Assembly (NCBI GenBank): GCA_028534125.1
Contig: CM052817.1
Coordinates: forward strand, 82,648,001 to 82,712,000
DNA from: Lama glama
Taxonomy: Eukaryota
Length of the DNA: 64,000 bases
Direction: 5' to 3'
The translations under genes and the position numbers were made by a program. Below are positions 38,278-51,690 of this stretch, piece after piece. Under the pieces are notes generated by a model. It searched no databases. It had not been told where the DNA came from and worked only from the letters and a program-made list of their open reading frames with translations. Numbering within the stretch: the first letter of the stretch is position 1; every line of letters starts with the position of its first letter.

Positions 38278-40998
38278 GAGTTGGCTTTCCCTTCATGTAT
38301 TAATTACTTTCACAAAACAATTGTTTATTATATTAATTTTAGGAAGTGTCAAAGATTATAGTATTATATGTCTAAATCATCATATTTAAGAATTGACATA
38401 CACATTAGTTTTCATTGTAAAGTGGTTAACTGAAATCTCTAAATTTCATAATAGTGAACACCAATTTTGTGTGTTCACAACCATAAAATGCCCTAAGTTT
38501 CCATAATCACCACTATTGTATAGGTGATCCACTATTCTCAGAAACCCTCACATTTAGAATACAGAAAGTATTACCTGATTGAAAGCAAGGTCAGATGGGG
38601 GGCTTACTGAAATTTTTTGTCCTGTTACATAAACACTGGGTATTAAATCTGATGTAAATTATTACAATTCCACTTTTAAAATAACAATTACAAAATACCT
38701 AAGGGTTAGAAGTATATGTACTACCTACATAGAGGGCAAAAATTAGTTCAGGGAAATTTATGGATAGTTCTAAGTAAAAGTTCTTCACTATTTGAGTGCG
38801 CATGGAGCATATTTATACTCTACCACAACTCACTCCCATGGCAGAAAACATATGTCAATACATCTAAAGTAAAGGATTTAAAATATTCTAAAAATATGTA
38901 CAAGATATACTTCATAAATTTCACAGGGAGCATTTGTAGAGTAACTTCCCACTGTAAATCCCACAATGTTTACAGGTTATCATTGTATGACAGTCTTTAA
39001 TATACAGTATATAGGTGGTCAATAAATTATTTTCCTCAGCCTTGTAAATGACTTTAAAAAAAAGTCCACCGTCAAAGACCAGATGGCTCAGCAGATTGGC
39101 AATTTATGAGCTAACTTTAATCTCTCACTGGACAAAATGACTGAAGGTCATCGTCATCTGCCATCTGCCATGCGGCATGTGAATAATGAAGTGGTGGGCT
39201 TAGTCTTGTTACCGTAGACAGGTGCCTACCATAGAAAAGAGGAATTTCATTCCAACTGGAAATAATTTATGTACATCTCCAAACAAAGACTTGATAAATG
39301 GTGAAAGCTAAATTTCCTGACTAAAGCTGAAAATATCTCCAGGTTAAATTTAATAGAAAGTGAGACACCAATAAAAGTGATTTCTAAACTTTCTATTTCA
39401 AAGGAGGATATCTATTTCCCCATGTGTTATCATGACATTGAGTCAACGTATCTTCAGAATGAGAAGTTATTATCACCTTTCAGCTTCTAACTTTGTAGAA
39501 AATTTTGCAAAATAATTGTGTATAGGCACTAGACTTATATTTAGAAAACATTAAGTATCAATAATATGCATGGCATGAAATATATTATTTTAAATTAAAA
39601 ATTTTGTTTCTAAATATATCTGTATCAAAGTTACTGAGATTAACTATATGATTTTGACTACATGATTTTCTAACTACATGATTAAGAGAAGAAAAAATGC
39701 ATGCTCGTGAGAGTAAGTGTAAAAGAGAAAGAGGGAGAGAGATTTGCAAGAAAAAAAACTTTATAAGCATAATCTTCTTACCTAAACTTGAAAAACCCAA
39801 ATATTTAAATATACTTTACAGCAGATGAGCTTTTATGCTATAGTTAAAGACAATAACCCTAAATATCAATTATGGGAAAGAATTTGGCTAATGTTTGAAA
39901 AAAATGTTGAGTAAAAAATTTGTGGTTAGGATTTCTTTCTTTGTCTGTTATTCATTTTCTCTTGAACCCAGAGTGATTAAAATTTGCATGCATTGAAGCA
40001 TCTTTGCTCCATTAACATCTTGCCAAAAGTGGGTTCTGGTAATTCTGGAGAAGATCTTAGAGGAGGCAGAGTCATTGTATGTAAATAACTTTAAATCACA
40101 AAGCCTTGAAATTATTTACTTTTAATCTTTCTGACTATATAATTAGGAAACTCATTAGTATCCTCTAAGCATGTGCTAATTTCCTTTTAACAGACCAATA
40201 ATAGGGCACAGAAGTTACACTGTTGACAAGCAAATGAATCTAGCAAAAATTTCATGATATTATTGTATTTTATGTTATTTTTATTTTATTTCTGCAGCTA
40301 TTTTTAATTAATCATATCTCTAAAGATTATCCACTTGCTGTCATGACATAATTAATTTTTAGTTAAAACTATTTAAATGTACTCAGTTTAAAGTAATGCT
40401 ACTCAGACACAGAAAAAAACAATAAGGACATAGGACAATGTTTTAAGATTATGTAGATGGTACACTAATTTGTTTCATTATATACTTATAAAATTTATAT
40501 TTATATTATTTCATGATCCAAACAACATGCAATCACAGACTTTAATAAATATATCTTTAATTATGTCAGCCTTTGCCATTTTTTAAAATATATAGCCTTT
40601 TTTTTTCCCCCTTCAGCTCTAACCTCCTAATCCATTTTCTAGGTCAGGAGGTTCTATTTTAATCCCAGGTGATCTGTTAGGTGTTCTAGACTGATGTTGA
40701 GTTCTCTGTAATTAGTCCCTTGCTACTTTTCCACTATTAATCTGATAATCCAGTCTGATAAATGAATGCTTAACTTGTTCTTGCAATCTTAATTCTTAAC
40801 TTTTGCCTTAGTAATGGTAAGTTTCCTTATTTAATTCATTGCAGTTGAGTTAATGTCTACATTCCCTGATTAATGTCATGGTGCTAAGCATCTGGTATTC
40901 CTATCTGACAGTTCCTGCTACCTGCTGACACACTTCTCTGATACCAATCAACTCCCTGTCTGTGGATTTTGAAATATTGCATTTTTTAAAAAAAAATA

Positions 40999-41192
40999 TT
41001 TTTTATTGAAGTGTAGTTGATTTACAATGTTAGTTTCAGGTGTACAGCAAAGTGATTCAGTTACACATATATATGCATTTTTTTAGATCCTTTTCCATTA
41101 TATGTTATTACAAGAAACTGAATATAGTTCCCTGTGCTGTACAGTAGGTCCTTGTTGTTTATCTATTTTATATAAAGTAATACATATCTGTT
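40999..41192 (-). mobile_element. Young cetartiodactyl/camelid-type L1 3' UTR, second subfamily
   Basis: ttttttattgaagtgtagttgatttacaatgttagtttcaggtgtacagcaaagtgattcagtta..aatatagttccctgtgctgtacagtaggtccttgttg. Confidence 0.9.
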
Positions 41193-42684
41193 TATTTTTA
41201 TGCAATTTTATGCCCTATCTCTATATTGGTGTTGGAACAGTCTTAATATTACTAGTTAGACTTCTAATAGCAGTTGTTTTCTTTAGATTACAACTCTACA
41301 TTATTCTTAAAGACACCAACTGAATATAACACTATAATTCAAATCTACAAAAAAATAGCCATCTTAAAAAAACAAAACAAAACAGGAAAGTAAGCTTCAG
41401 GAAACCTCCCAATTCTACTCTAACATAACAAAATAGCCAAATTATTTTTGTTTAAATAATAGTCAACATCTTTGAACAAACTTTGTCATAGAATATGCAA
41501 AGCTGTTTAACATTTTATTTTTCATCTCAAGGACATGTGAGCCAACTTTTATGTATGATGTATCTTGTAGGGATTTTGAGACTAGCATGATTTATGTTCA
41601 TAATATTTGGATGTTTTGTATTTTTCTTGGACTTATCTACACATTTGTGCCTGTGCCAGCAAGAAAAAGGAGAAAATAGAATTTGATCCTCATTCTCAAA
41701 TGTTTAAAGCTGTAACTGTTCTCGTTCTTTGCTTTCTTGTTGCAGGACAGAATGCCTAGTATCTTTCTCACTGAGGGAACCGCCGCATCTACGACTTAAA
41801 CAGCCTCAGTGTAATCCGGAGAGCACAGACCTAACAGCAGGTCCGTGGCACAAAGAACATGCTGCCTTTAATGGACAATGGCAAGACGCTACAAACCATT
41901 CTTTTGTCTAGACACTCTCTTCCTCTCAAACTTCAGGATAAACAAATTCAAGACTTGCAGCTGCACTGGCGTGACATACAGACAAGATGGGTAAACAAAA
42001 TTTGACTTTCTTCCTGTTAGAGTAGGCACAGATACTGAAAAACATGTCTCCAACACTGGATGTACCTCATTTCATCTGCCAGAGGAAAAGTCTGAGGAAC
42101 AATGCGCTCATGGCCGTGTGATATGTGGACAGTTGCCAGTCATCTCTACAGCACTCTGTTCTCACCCTCACCCACTCATCACAGACGCAGTCACCGTTCT
42201 ATTGCTTTAATTCACCAATATCAAACCAAGAGCCTGCCTAGAATCAACACAGCCTTTATGTTTCCCTGACATCACTCCGTTTGGTATGAAAGAATAAGCA
42301 AATTGAATTTGGACAGAATCAAATTCTGCCTAAGCCTCTGTAGAATATTTGAAAGGAAAAAATCTTGACATATGGCAAACAAAATACTTTATTTAAATTT
42401 TTCCATTTCATTGTTAACTTAAAGATCTTTACCTATACCTCACAGCAGAATTGCCCACAGTCACTAAACAAAGCTTCTCAGTATCTAGCTGTAAAAGCAC
42501 ATAGTCATTTCATATGAAAAGTGGTTCTAATTTTGAATGTAAATTTTGTAAGTGGAGAGGCCTTGTTTGACACGCACATATCTACATCATAGATGTTTCT
42601 AACAAATAATCTCTAATATTTTGACATTTTAGCTGTAATTTGAATCATCAGATAAATCCACTTGGTCATTCAGACAGATGCTTT

Positions 42685-43174
42685 TTGTGCCCCATGTCAC
42701 GTGCTCTCCGGGCCACCTCTGACTTCAGCTGCAGGCGGGTGATGCTGAACATGCCAAGGGCACCTCATCTCCGGCATGCTCTGTGTTTTCTACCTCAGGG
42801 CTTTCTCTGAAGATTAAAGCTCACTCAACCCTCCAATGGCCACAACCCAAAACAGGCAATGTGGGAGTTACAGTCAGTGCTCAGAGGACAATTTTCAATT
42901 TATGAGAAATGATGGAAGGCAGTAGACAAATGCTCCAGTTTCCATACTTCGGATGGACAATACAGAAAAACATTTGGTACGTTTCTCGGAAGTTTCTGCA
43001 AGTCCAGCACTTGCGTGTTGCATGGAGAGTAACCATGAAAACAGACCATTGATTCACTTTTCCTCATTTTCTGTCTCACTCCCCCTATTAGCTCACCTAC
43101 TTCCTCTGATCACATTTCAAACAATATTCTAAGTCCTTTTTCAGGCTCTGCATTTGTGAATCGAAACTAGGACA
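42685..43174 (+). mobile_element. LTR16-type ERVL solo LTR
   Basis: ttctacctcagggctttctctga; tgtgggagttac; tcctcattttctgtctcactcccc..ttcctctgatcacatttcaaacaa; ends tcaggctctgcatttgtgaatcgaaactaggaca. Confidence 0.8.
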
Positions 43175-43274
43175 GTTATCAGTGGAATTATTATTACACA
43201 GAACAAAGTGAAATGCACATCTTATAATTACCCTCTTAATGTCATATCAATGAATTTTAATACATATCATTAAT

Positions 43275-43425
43275 GCATGTTAACACTTTTAGGGTCTTGA
43301 ATTGCCTTTGAGAATCTAACAGAAGGCATGGACCTCCTACAGAGAGAAATGTGATGAGCCCATTTATCAGGAAACCTCAGACATAGGTAGTCTAATTCCA
43401 TAAAATTCAGTTTGAAAAATTCTGC
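43275..43425. mobile_element. MER103-like hAT-Charlie MITE
   Basis: cctttgagaatctaacagaaggcatggacctcctacagagagaaatg resembles MER103 (cctttgagaatctgatgaaagctatggaccctctccccagaaaaatg). Confidence 0.65.
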
Positions 43426-45570
43426 GTCAGTCATTTTGGAGATTTTAAAATAAAACTTGAGTTGTTTGTTCTTGTCTGCTTCATTTCATGCTGGTTGGGA
43501 AATCCCTGAGAAAAATGTCCAGAACCACAATTTGGCAAATTCAGGTAAAAGGGTGACAGCATGTTGTTTTCTGTGGGAAAGGCCACAAGGACCATCTTTT
43601 TTTATTTCCCTCTACCCACCATACTTGTCACCTCTTGACAAAGTAAGTGCCTTATAATTATTTCAAAGAGAGGCCAATAAACCATTTCCCAGGGATTTCA
43701 ATGTCTGTCAATGCGTAGAAAACAGAGTTGCTGACAAATGTTGTACCTCCCAAGATCTCAAAACCTCTGAGTCAAAACTTTCTTTTTTCCACAACTCCTT
43801 GGAAGGTTAAGAAAAAGAATAGACTCCGGAACAAGGAGCTTTCTGACCTGTCAAGGTATTATTCTATAAAGAAATTTCACTTCAGCCTTTACTAACAATG
43901 GACCTGCCCTTCCTGAACTCTGACGACTGCTTGTAGCCAAGAACCACGAACCCTCACGTTATCTTTCTCCTGCTGCCATGTTGTACTGAGAAGGAAACAT
44001 TTTTCTAAGAATTTCACTTAGTCCTAGGTAAAGACAAACACTATTTTCTCAGTAATTCTAAAACATGACTCTTTTATAGCCACAAACCATTTGACGGATC
44101 ATCATAATTGAAATTTCAGAAATTAAGACACAGTTAAAGAAAACGTCTATCATTCTCTTCCATGTAGAATTAGACTACAGTTCCTACTATCTCCTCATCC
44201 AGGGCAGGGGGCAGGGACTCTTCTTCTAGACTGAGCTAACCAACACTGGGGACATGAGATACTGAAGAGAGTAGGAATCCTCCATAGATTCCCCATCCAT
44301 GTGAGTAGGATGGAAGGTGTTCCAAAGGGTGGGGAACATTAACATGGTAGAAAATTACTTTTGAAGGAGGCAAGACCTGAGGTTGAAGAAACAAGGCTAA
44401 GAACCTAGATTTTCATATGAAGCACATTAAAAAGAAATTATCTTCCTATATAATTATTCCCTTTAATTGCATGAGACTCTTGATTGATGTCTCATGCAGC
44501 TATAGAGTCAAATGCAAATTATGATGATGAATAAAGAGACTGAATATTAGAGAGGAGAAGAAGAGTCTATAAAGACTCACCGGGTTGGACAGAGGGAAGA
44601 ACAGCCTGTGCCACATTCTTCCTGCCTGTGGTCCCCCGGGGAGAAAGCACCATCCTGCACAGGGATGTGGCCGGGGGTTTAGGCGACGGAAAATACTGAT
44701 GTCCTGCCTACAAGTGACACATTCGTCTATGACTAGAGGACTTTTAACAGATGAAAAATATCTAACTTCACTTTTAATTCTTAACTTGAAAGAAACCTGA
44801 GAGAAAATGAACAGTGACTCAAATTCATACTACAGCACGATTAATAAAAAGGTGCTCCCTTTGAAACCCATCAGATTTGAAATCCAAGGTTGGAGTCAAG
44901 GTCTGTGGTGACAGCCTGAGAACAGCAGGCACCTGAAGAGTTATAAATTTGGGGCACCACACGGAAGTTTGTTTACAGGCCCCTTGAACATTTTGATTCT
45001 TAGAATTTGAAATTTCATGGATCATTAATAAGGAGTTTCCATCTTAGGGTTGCTAACCTTTAATTTTTTCAGATCAGGATGTGAAAATCAATCAACAAAT
45101 TATCCAACCTTTTAGTCAAGTGAAGTCTATACACCCACATATGTATATATACACACGTGTACACACATTTATTTGTATGTGTGTGTTTGTTCATATGGAG
45201 AAACAACAGTCACTAAAACCTAGTCTTTAAAATTTACCTCAAAATATCACTACGTTATTATTCCCCACTTCTGTCATCTAATGGTTAAAAAAAGTCATCA
45301 CACAACGTCATCAGTCCTCAAACTGAAATTTAAGACCTATCGAATGAGCTGAAGTTCTATCTTAAATTAGGAATGCAAATCATCCCCTCTGGCATTTCAC
45401 CTCCAAGCCATGTCTGTTGCCCTTCTAAACTGGGACTTCATAAACTGGCTGCTAGGCAATTTGAGACTATTCCAGGGTTTACAACAGCTTGAACTCAAGA
45501 CAGGCCCTCCTCACTGAAAGAGAATGGTGACTGAACTCACACAGTATTGACAGTTTGAAAATCTAAGTAG

Positions 45571-45633
45571 AACTTCTCCAAAGTCTTAAAGTCAGAAAAT
45601 TTAAGTCAAACTGCTCCAAAGTCTTAAAGTCAG
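45571..45633 (+). repeat. Local direct duplication, 2 x 25 bp (1 mismatch), period 38
   Basis: aacttctccaaagtcttaaagtcag (45571-45595) and aactgctccaaagtcttaaagtcag (45609-45633). Confidence 0.9.
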
Positions 45634-47649
45634 CAGATGAAAAATAACTTAGATGAGTCTGAAATAAGGGACGCATTATATTGCATTTTAAGTTTTTCTT
45701 ATACAGGAATGAATAAAAATGAGGTGGGAGAAGTACAGGTAGATACACACCAAGAACTACTGCCATTTTGAATACTGGCCAAAACCATTTTCCTTACAGA
45801 TGTTTCTGTAAGAATCTTCTCTAAGCACTCTGTAATTTTAAGAAGTACTTGAGTAAATGTTCTGTTTATACTCATCTCTAAAGAGCCCATTTCTCCATGT
45901 ATATTAGCACTTTTCTCTGATGCTTTCCTTTAGTTTCATGCCATGTGATTTCTAAAAGAATTAAATCATCTAATAATGAGCTCCATTTCATACATCTATA
46001 ACTACACTCTCTTCTATGAATAACTAATGGTCCCTTCTTGCAGCAAATTTAGAACATAAGGAACACTGTTAAGATGAGGTTTCCCATGGTTGTTTTATCC
46101 TCTGTACTCCATACATATCGTTTTTAAAGGATTCAAATTACTTTGAATAATAGAGGTATTGGCTGTTCATAAAGAACTCAAACACACTTAGAGCTGCTAT
46201 TTTCAAGTTTATTTTATTATTTTACAGCTCATATTTCTTTTTATCCAGGGTAACTAATGCCAAAAATTTCAAAAGCACTTTTGGCAGATATGTAAATAAT
46301 TTGGAAAGCAAATATCCAATTAATACATTTTGGCAGATAGCCTTTTGGATCCACATGAGAAGAGAACATTCTAATATCCCTGACTCGTTTATTGCTAGCA
46401 ACATCATTCTGCAGGTTTCATTTGAGGGGAGTGTGACCAGGGAAATCAGACAGTTAACAAAGCCTAAATATTCAGATAACGTCAAAGTGGTTTTCTTTAT
46501 TTCAAACATTCTGCTTCTTTCTAAAAATAAATGAAATTAACTTTTGCTCATTTGTTTTCTCTGAGTACTGTTTTTATTTTCAATCACATATTTCTATAGA
46601 AGATAGAAATTTGTTTTAATTGCTATGATCTCACACCAGAGAGGCAGCCGAGGACAGGGGACTGATCATTTGTTTTCAGAGCACTTTTTTCTCCTCATGA
46701 ACCTGCTCTTTGGCTTCATAAATCTGTTTAAAGCAATGAGTGTTAGCTGACTTTGACGTACTCAGGAAAAAAGCAACGTTTAATATTCAGAAGCTGGAAC
46801 ATGGTAACCCAGTCCAACTGTTTCCCCTCATGGAAGAACTGATGAGACCTGGAACAATTTCTAAAATGGAAAAACTAAGACTTCACCTTTTCAATGAAAG
46901 GATTTAATGCCAAAGCTTCATTTACAAAGCAAGCTTCCATTATTGAAAATAACTTTTAAAACTCCAGCCTCTATTTTAAAACCCATATAGAACTTCTTTG
47001 ATAGATGGCTACTTTATAAATAGCAGTTATCATAATTCCAAAGTTTGCCCTTTTTTTTGCCTCTCTGTGGCAGGAATAGGTCTTGAATGCTATATACAGA
47101 TGTTGCTTTCCATTATTATCAGAATTAATTATTTTGAGTGTTCCTGGCTACCTTTAAGAGGAAGAGTGCGTCGGACGCTGGGACAGAGTAGCGAGACTTT
47201 GCAGAAACCTCCTGTGCTGGTGTCTTCAGCAGACCATCAAGTCTGAGCAGCCTTCTGCTCATCTAACTACTTCACTAAGACTACAGAAGCCCTCCTTCAT
47301 TGCACTTTTATACTTCAAGCCATCATGACAGTACTTGCAACTCTTCTCTCTAGAAAACACCATGGTAATGGCATCTTGACTCATTTCCTCCTAATTCACA
47401 ACCACATCTAAAAAAATCAGTTGTACATTTTAGGTTCTAATGCCTCTTACACTGTAAGCTATTTCTTGAGATTGTGGAAAGGCGTACATACACAACCCCC
47501 CCCCATATACACACTTTATCTGCATAAAGTGAGTACATTTTTGTTTTATATAACACTATGTGTATAGTCACATGCACCTCATACGTCAAATAATTTCACG
47601 GATTCTTTCTTCTGAGGTTGTGATCATTAGTGAGCAAGGAACATATTTA

Positions 47650-48790
47650 ATTATTCTTCTATTCAACAAATATTGAAGTTCTACTTTGTATCAGTCCCTT
47701 TTTCATCAGCTTTATTAAAGTCTCATTCACATTCCTTAAAATTCATCTGTTTTAAGTTAGGGACTAAATTATTTCTAGTGAATTTACAGAGGTGTGCAAA
47801 AATCATCACAGTCATTTTCATCCCCTACAACAGCTCATCTGTCCATTTGCTATCATTTCTCTTTTCCACCTCTAGCCCTAGGCAAATATCTAGTAAACTT
47901 TGTCTCTTTTTTGAACATTTTATATAAATGGAATTGTACATCTGGGGTCTTTTTCACCTGCTTTCCCTAACAGCATAGTTTTTTGAGGTTCACCATGTGG
48001 TCATACGCATCAGTAATGCACTACTTTCTATTGCTTAATAGTATTCCACTGTTTGAATATAGTGCATTTTGTCTATATGCTTATCAGTTGATTGACATTT
48101 GGGTTGGTTCCAGGCTAGGGCTTTCATGAATACTGATGCTGTGAACATTAATATACGTGCCCTTATGTGGACATATGTTTTTATTTCACTTGTGTACATA
48201 TCTAGGAATGGAATTGCTGGATCATTTATGTTTAACTTTTTTATAAACTATCAATCTGTTTTCCAAAATCATTGTACCATTTTATGTTCTCACCAGAAAT
48301 GTATGAGGTTTCCAATTTTACCACATCCCCACCAGCACTTGTTTTTGTATATCATCGTGATTACATCCAACCTACATAGTGTGAAGTGGTGTCTCATGAT
48401 TCTGAAATGCATTTCCCTAAGGACTCATGATATTGAGCATCTGTTCATGTGCTTACGGCCTTTCATTTATCTTCCTTAGTGAAATGTCTATTCAAATCTC
48501 AGTCACCGTTTTATATCAGGGGATATTGTATAGGACATAATAAATGCCCCACTCTCATGAAGCTCAAATACTAATAGGGAGAGGGACAATGAACGTGTGT
48601 AACTATGTCAAACAGTGTTACGTGATATGTGAAATGCAACTCAATATAACAGACACAGGGCGTACCAGATTAGGGGTGAATGTGATAGTTTAAGTAACAT
48701 TTACAAGGAAATTCTCAATGATTAAGAACATAAAGAAAGTGAGGAAGGGACCCATTTGTATTTATGGTGGATAGATTTGGTAGCACATTT
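47650..48790 (-). mobile_element. L2 3' end split by an L1 (pieces 47650-47697 and 48500-48790)
   Basis: tattcaacaaatattgaagttctactttgtatcagtc on the left; resumes caggggatattgt..tgcccactctcatgaagctcaaatactaataggga on the right. Confidence 0.7.
47698..48499 (-). mobile_element. L1MB-type 3' end
   Basis: tcagctttattaaagt..; ttgacatttgggttggttccagg; tctaggaatggaattgctggatcat; tgatattgagcatctgttcatgtgctta; tcagtc repeated at both flanks (possible target-site duplication). Confidence 0.9.
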
Positions 48791-50149
48791 GCATTAAGAC
48801 AGGTAATATGATAAACAATTATTTAATTCAGAGGAGCAATGACACTTTCCATCCCCTGCCAAGTATACTGTTATTTAAAGGAGAGCTTGAGTCATTGATA
48901 GAAATATTAATGGTGTGCATGAGTTTGGGGCTTTTTTGGAGTTCTTTTTAGAATCACTTCAAAAAATAATACAGAATAAATTATTATAATATTTATGTAA
49001 CCTGTATTACATGGTTAATGAAGTGACTGAATTTTCCCAAGTTAGTGCTCCTGTGTGTGGGTGTTGCTTTTTAATTTTGTGTCATGGAAATATGATAGTT
49101 TATATTCTGTTTGATGGGAGTTCATTTATTATACTATTGGAAAGCGATCTCTTCTCACCAAAACAGCTAGAAATGCTCCAGCTATCATGTACCACACTGT
49201 CACGATGAAAGGCATCTCAGATAACACAGGAAGAATGTAGACACAGAGGTTCTGTTAGATAACATAAGAGCACCTCACTAGCTTTTTTGATGTTTGTTAA
49301 AAATAAATCAGGTAATTACAATTGCAAGACCAACTAAGGAAGGTATATTATTCTATGATCAAAGCTCAGACTTAAAATCGTACTTACGTACATAAGCAAA
49401 ACATATCCACATACAGTGAGCAAGAGACACTAGACATTCCAACACAACAGAAGCAACGTGGTTCTTACAGAGAAGAGTGAATGCTGGGCCCAGAACAGAC
49501 TCAACCTCATTATCCCCACCCAATAAGGGTTATCTGCAGTACTGGCAATTTGGCATTTAATTTCTAAATTTGAATCATCCCTCTTTGACTCGCTAGCTGA
49601 GATTTTTAGGTTTTTCTGTTCGGTTGATTGATTGTTTTGTTTGTGTGTTTGTTTTAAATAGAGGAATGCTCATAAAGAAGAAAGAACATTCCCATGACAT
49701 GAGGACTATGTGGTCACTTGACCTGTGGACAGCCTGACATACGCCTTCGGTGTCAGGAGGCAACATTCAGCATATGCAAACTCTCTGGTTCCTGTTTTCC
49801 CTTCCCTTCTCATCCTTCCAGATGGGAATCAATGCCTGGAAATGCTGCCTGAAACTCTGCTGCTCGCTTGGGACATTACTATCCACAACAGAAGGATCTG
49901 GTTGGAATTAGCCATACAGACCAAGCCACTGCCAATGCAACAGAAACTCTGGAATTACCATTATCCAGATTGAGCATAATATTTCAAGGAGAGTAAGGAT
50001 GAGAATGGCAGAAACAAAGAAAGAGGATGTGCAGTAAATACTTCATTTTTTAATTAGTAATATGGGGACAGGATTGAAGTGGACAAAGGTGGCAGTAAAT
50101 CATATCATAGACCAAAAAAATTGGAGGAAAATTCTGAAACACACAGGTG

Positions 50150-51690
50150 TTATATTGAGTGTGTACCACTGAAAAATATGGTAATGGTCCCTGCCTGATA
50201 AAGCTTATAATCTAGTATGTAAGGCAGACAATAAACAATCCAAGAAAAGAAACCATACTAATGCTACCTTTGTTATTTCCTCTAAAGGTAATAACTGGGT
50301 AATATGAAAAGGAATAATAAAAACCATCTATATTCAACTGTGGAAACAGGAAAATAGTGAGTTGTGTACCACCAACCCTAATAATGATAGGGTTTAATAG
50401 GTGAAGAGTCAGGGTGATTATTCAAATCAGAAGATATAGCCTGTTCAAAGGTCCTGAAGAAAAAAAGCATTTGAACCAAGTGGGAACTGAAAAGACCAAT
50501 GAGGCTGACACAGGGAAAGTATAGATAGAGAGTGGCTAGAAATGAGCATTGAGAGTTAAATAAAGGCTGGATGTTGCACACATGATTAGCTAATGATAAG
50601 GATTCAAGATTTTATTTCAAAGTCAATGAGAAGAAGTTGTATAATTTTAAGCTAGGGCTGGCATGACTTTCTTTATTTTTAAACAAGATCACTAGTTACT
50701 GGGTGAGGAGTTCATTACACAGAAGCAAAGATGGACATTACAAGGCCATATGGAGGCAAATATAATAGGTCAGAGAAGAGAGAGCAATGACGAGGACTAT
50801 GCAGAAAGCAGTGAAAAAGGTAACCAATGGAAGGACGGTATATATGTTTTGGAAGGGAAATCAACAATTCCTGGAAATGTATTGTGGGGTTGGGAGACAG
50901 GCAGTGGAAAGTGAAATACCCAAGTTCATGGTTCACATCATTGATGCCAATTACAAAAATGAGGGTGGTCTGGAGGAATAATAGGTTTGAAGATGAAGAT
51001 TAAGAGTACCATTTGAGGCATCTTAATCTGAGATATCTATTGATCATCAAAACCCTCATGTCAAGTTACCATTTGGATATAGGAGTGTGGAGATCAGAAG
51101 AGAAATCAGAGATAGAGATAAAGTGGAAGGTTTCCAGAAACAGATGATATTTTTAAGATACAGGAATTGATATACTTGCTTTGGATGAAGCTGTGTAGTG
51201 AGTAAAGACCTAAAGATATACAAAGATATTAAAGGAAAGGGGAGAAAAAATAGAAGCAAAAAAAGAAAAAAAAAAGAACCTAAAGATGTAGAAGAAAATC
51301 AAGAGAATATACGTCATAAGAGGCAATAGAAGAGAGAATTTTCACAAAGAGAGGAACACAGAACTTTTCAAATACACCTAAAAGGTTAAAGTAGGCATCG
51401 AGTATTAAAAATTCTACATTGGATTTAGCAACATAGAGTTCACTCATGTTTTAACAAGAGCGTTTTCAGTAGACTGGAGGGATCAGAGGCTAAAGGGAAT
51501 GGGAAGTGAGAAAGAAAAGGCAAATAGCTTAAGGAGAGAACTTTGAGAGTAAAATGTGGTCATAACAGGGGCTTATGATTAGAAAAGATTTTTGAAGGAT
51601 GAGAGGTAGTGTGTCATTTAAAAATGTGAATGGAAATGATCCAATAGAGAATAAGCAAATGGAAATCCAGAAGAAAAACAAAGCATTAGG
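50150..51690 (-). mobile_element. L2 LINE, about 1.5 kb
   Basis: ggtccctgcctgataaagcttataatctagt; gcctgttcaaaggtcctgaag; tttaaacaagatcactagttactgggtgagga; cattggatttagcaacatagagttcact. Confidence 0.85.

Noticed and set aside
41746..41840. Strong + strand acceptor (ttctttgctttcttgttgcag) with an open frame
   Set aside because: Only a weak donor follows (CAG|GTCCGT), the downstream part resembles an L2 terminus, and the peptide is unrecognised.
44468..44498. 10-bp inverted repeat TGCATGAGAC-N11-GTCTCATGCA
   Set aside because: A few such stems are expected by chance in 64 kb; too short for a pre-miRNA and no MITE features.
48099..48479. 126-aa ORF
   Set aside because: Antisense reading of the L1 ORF2 3' end, a common artefact.
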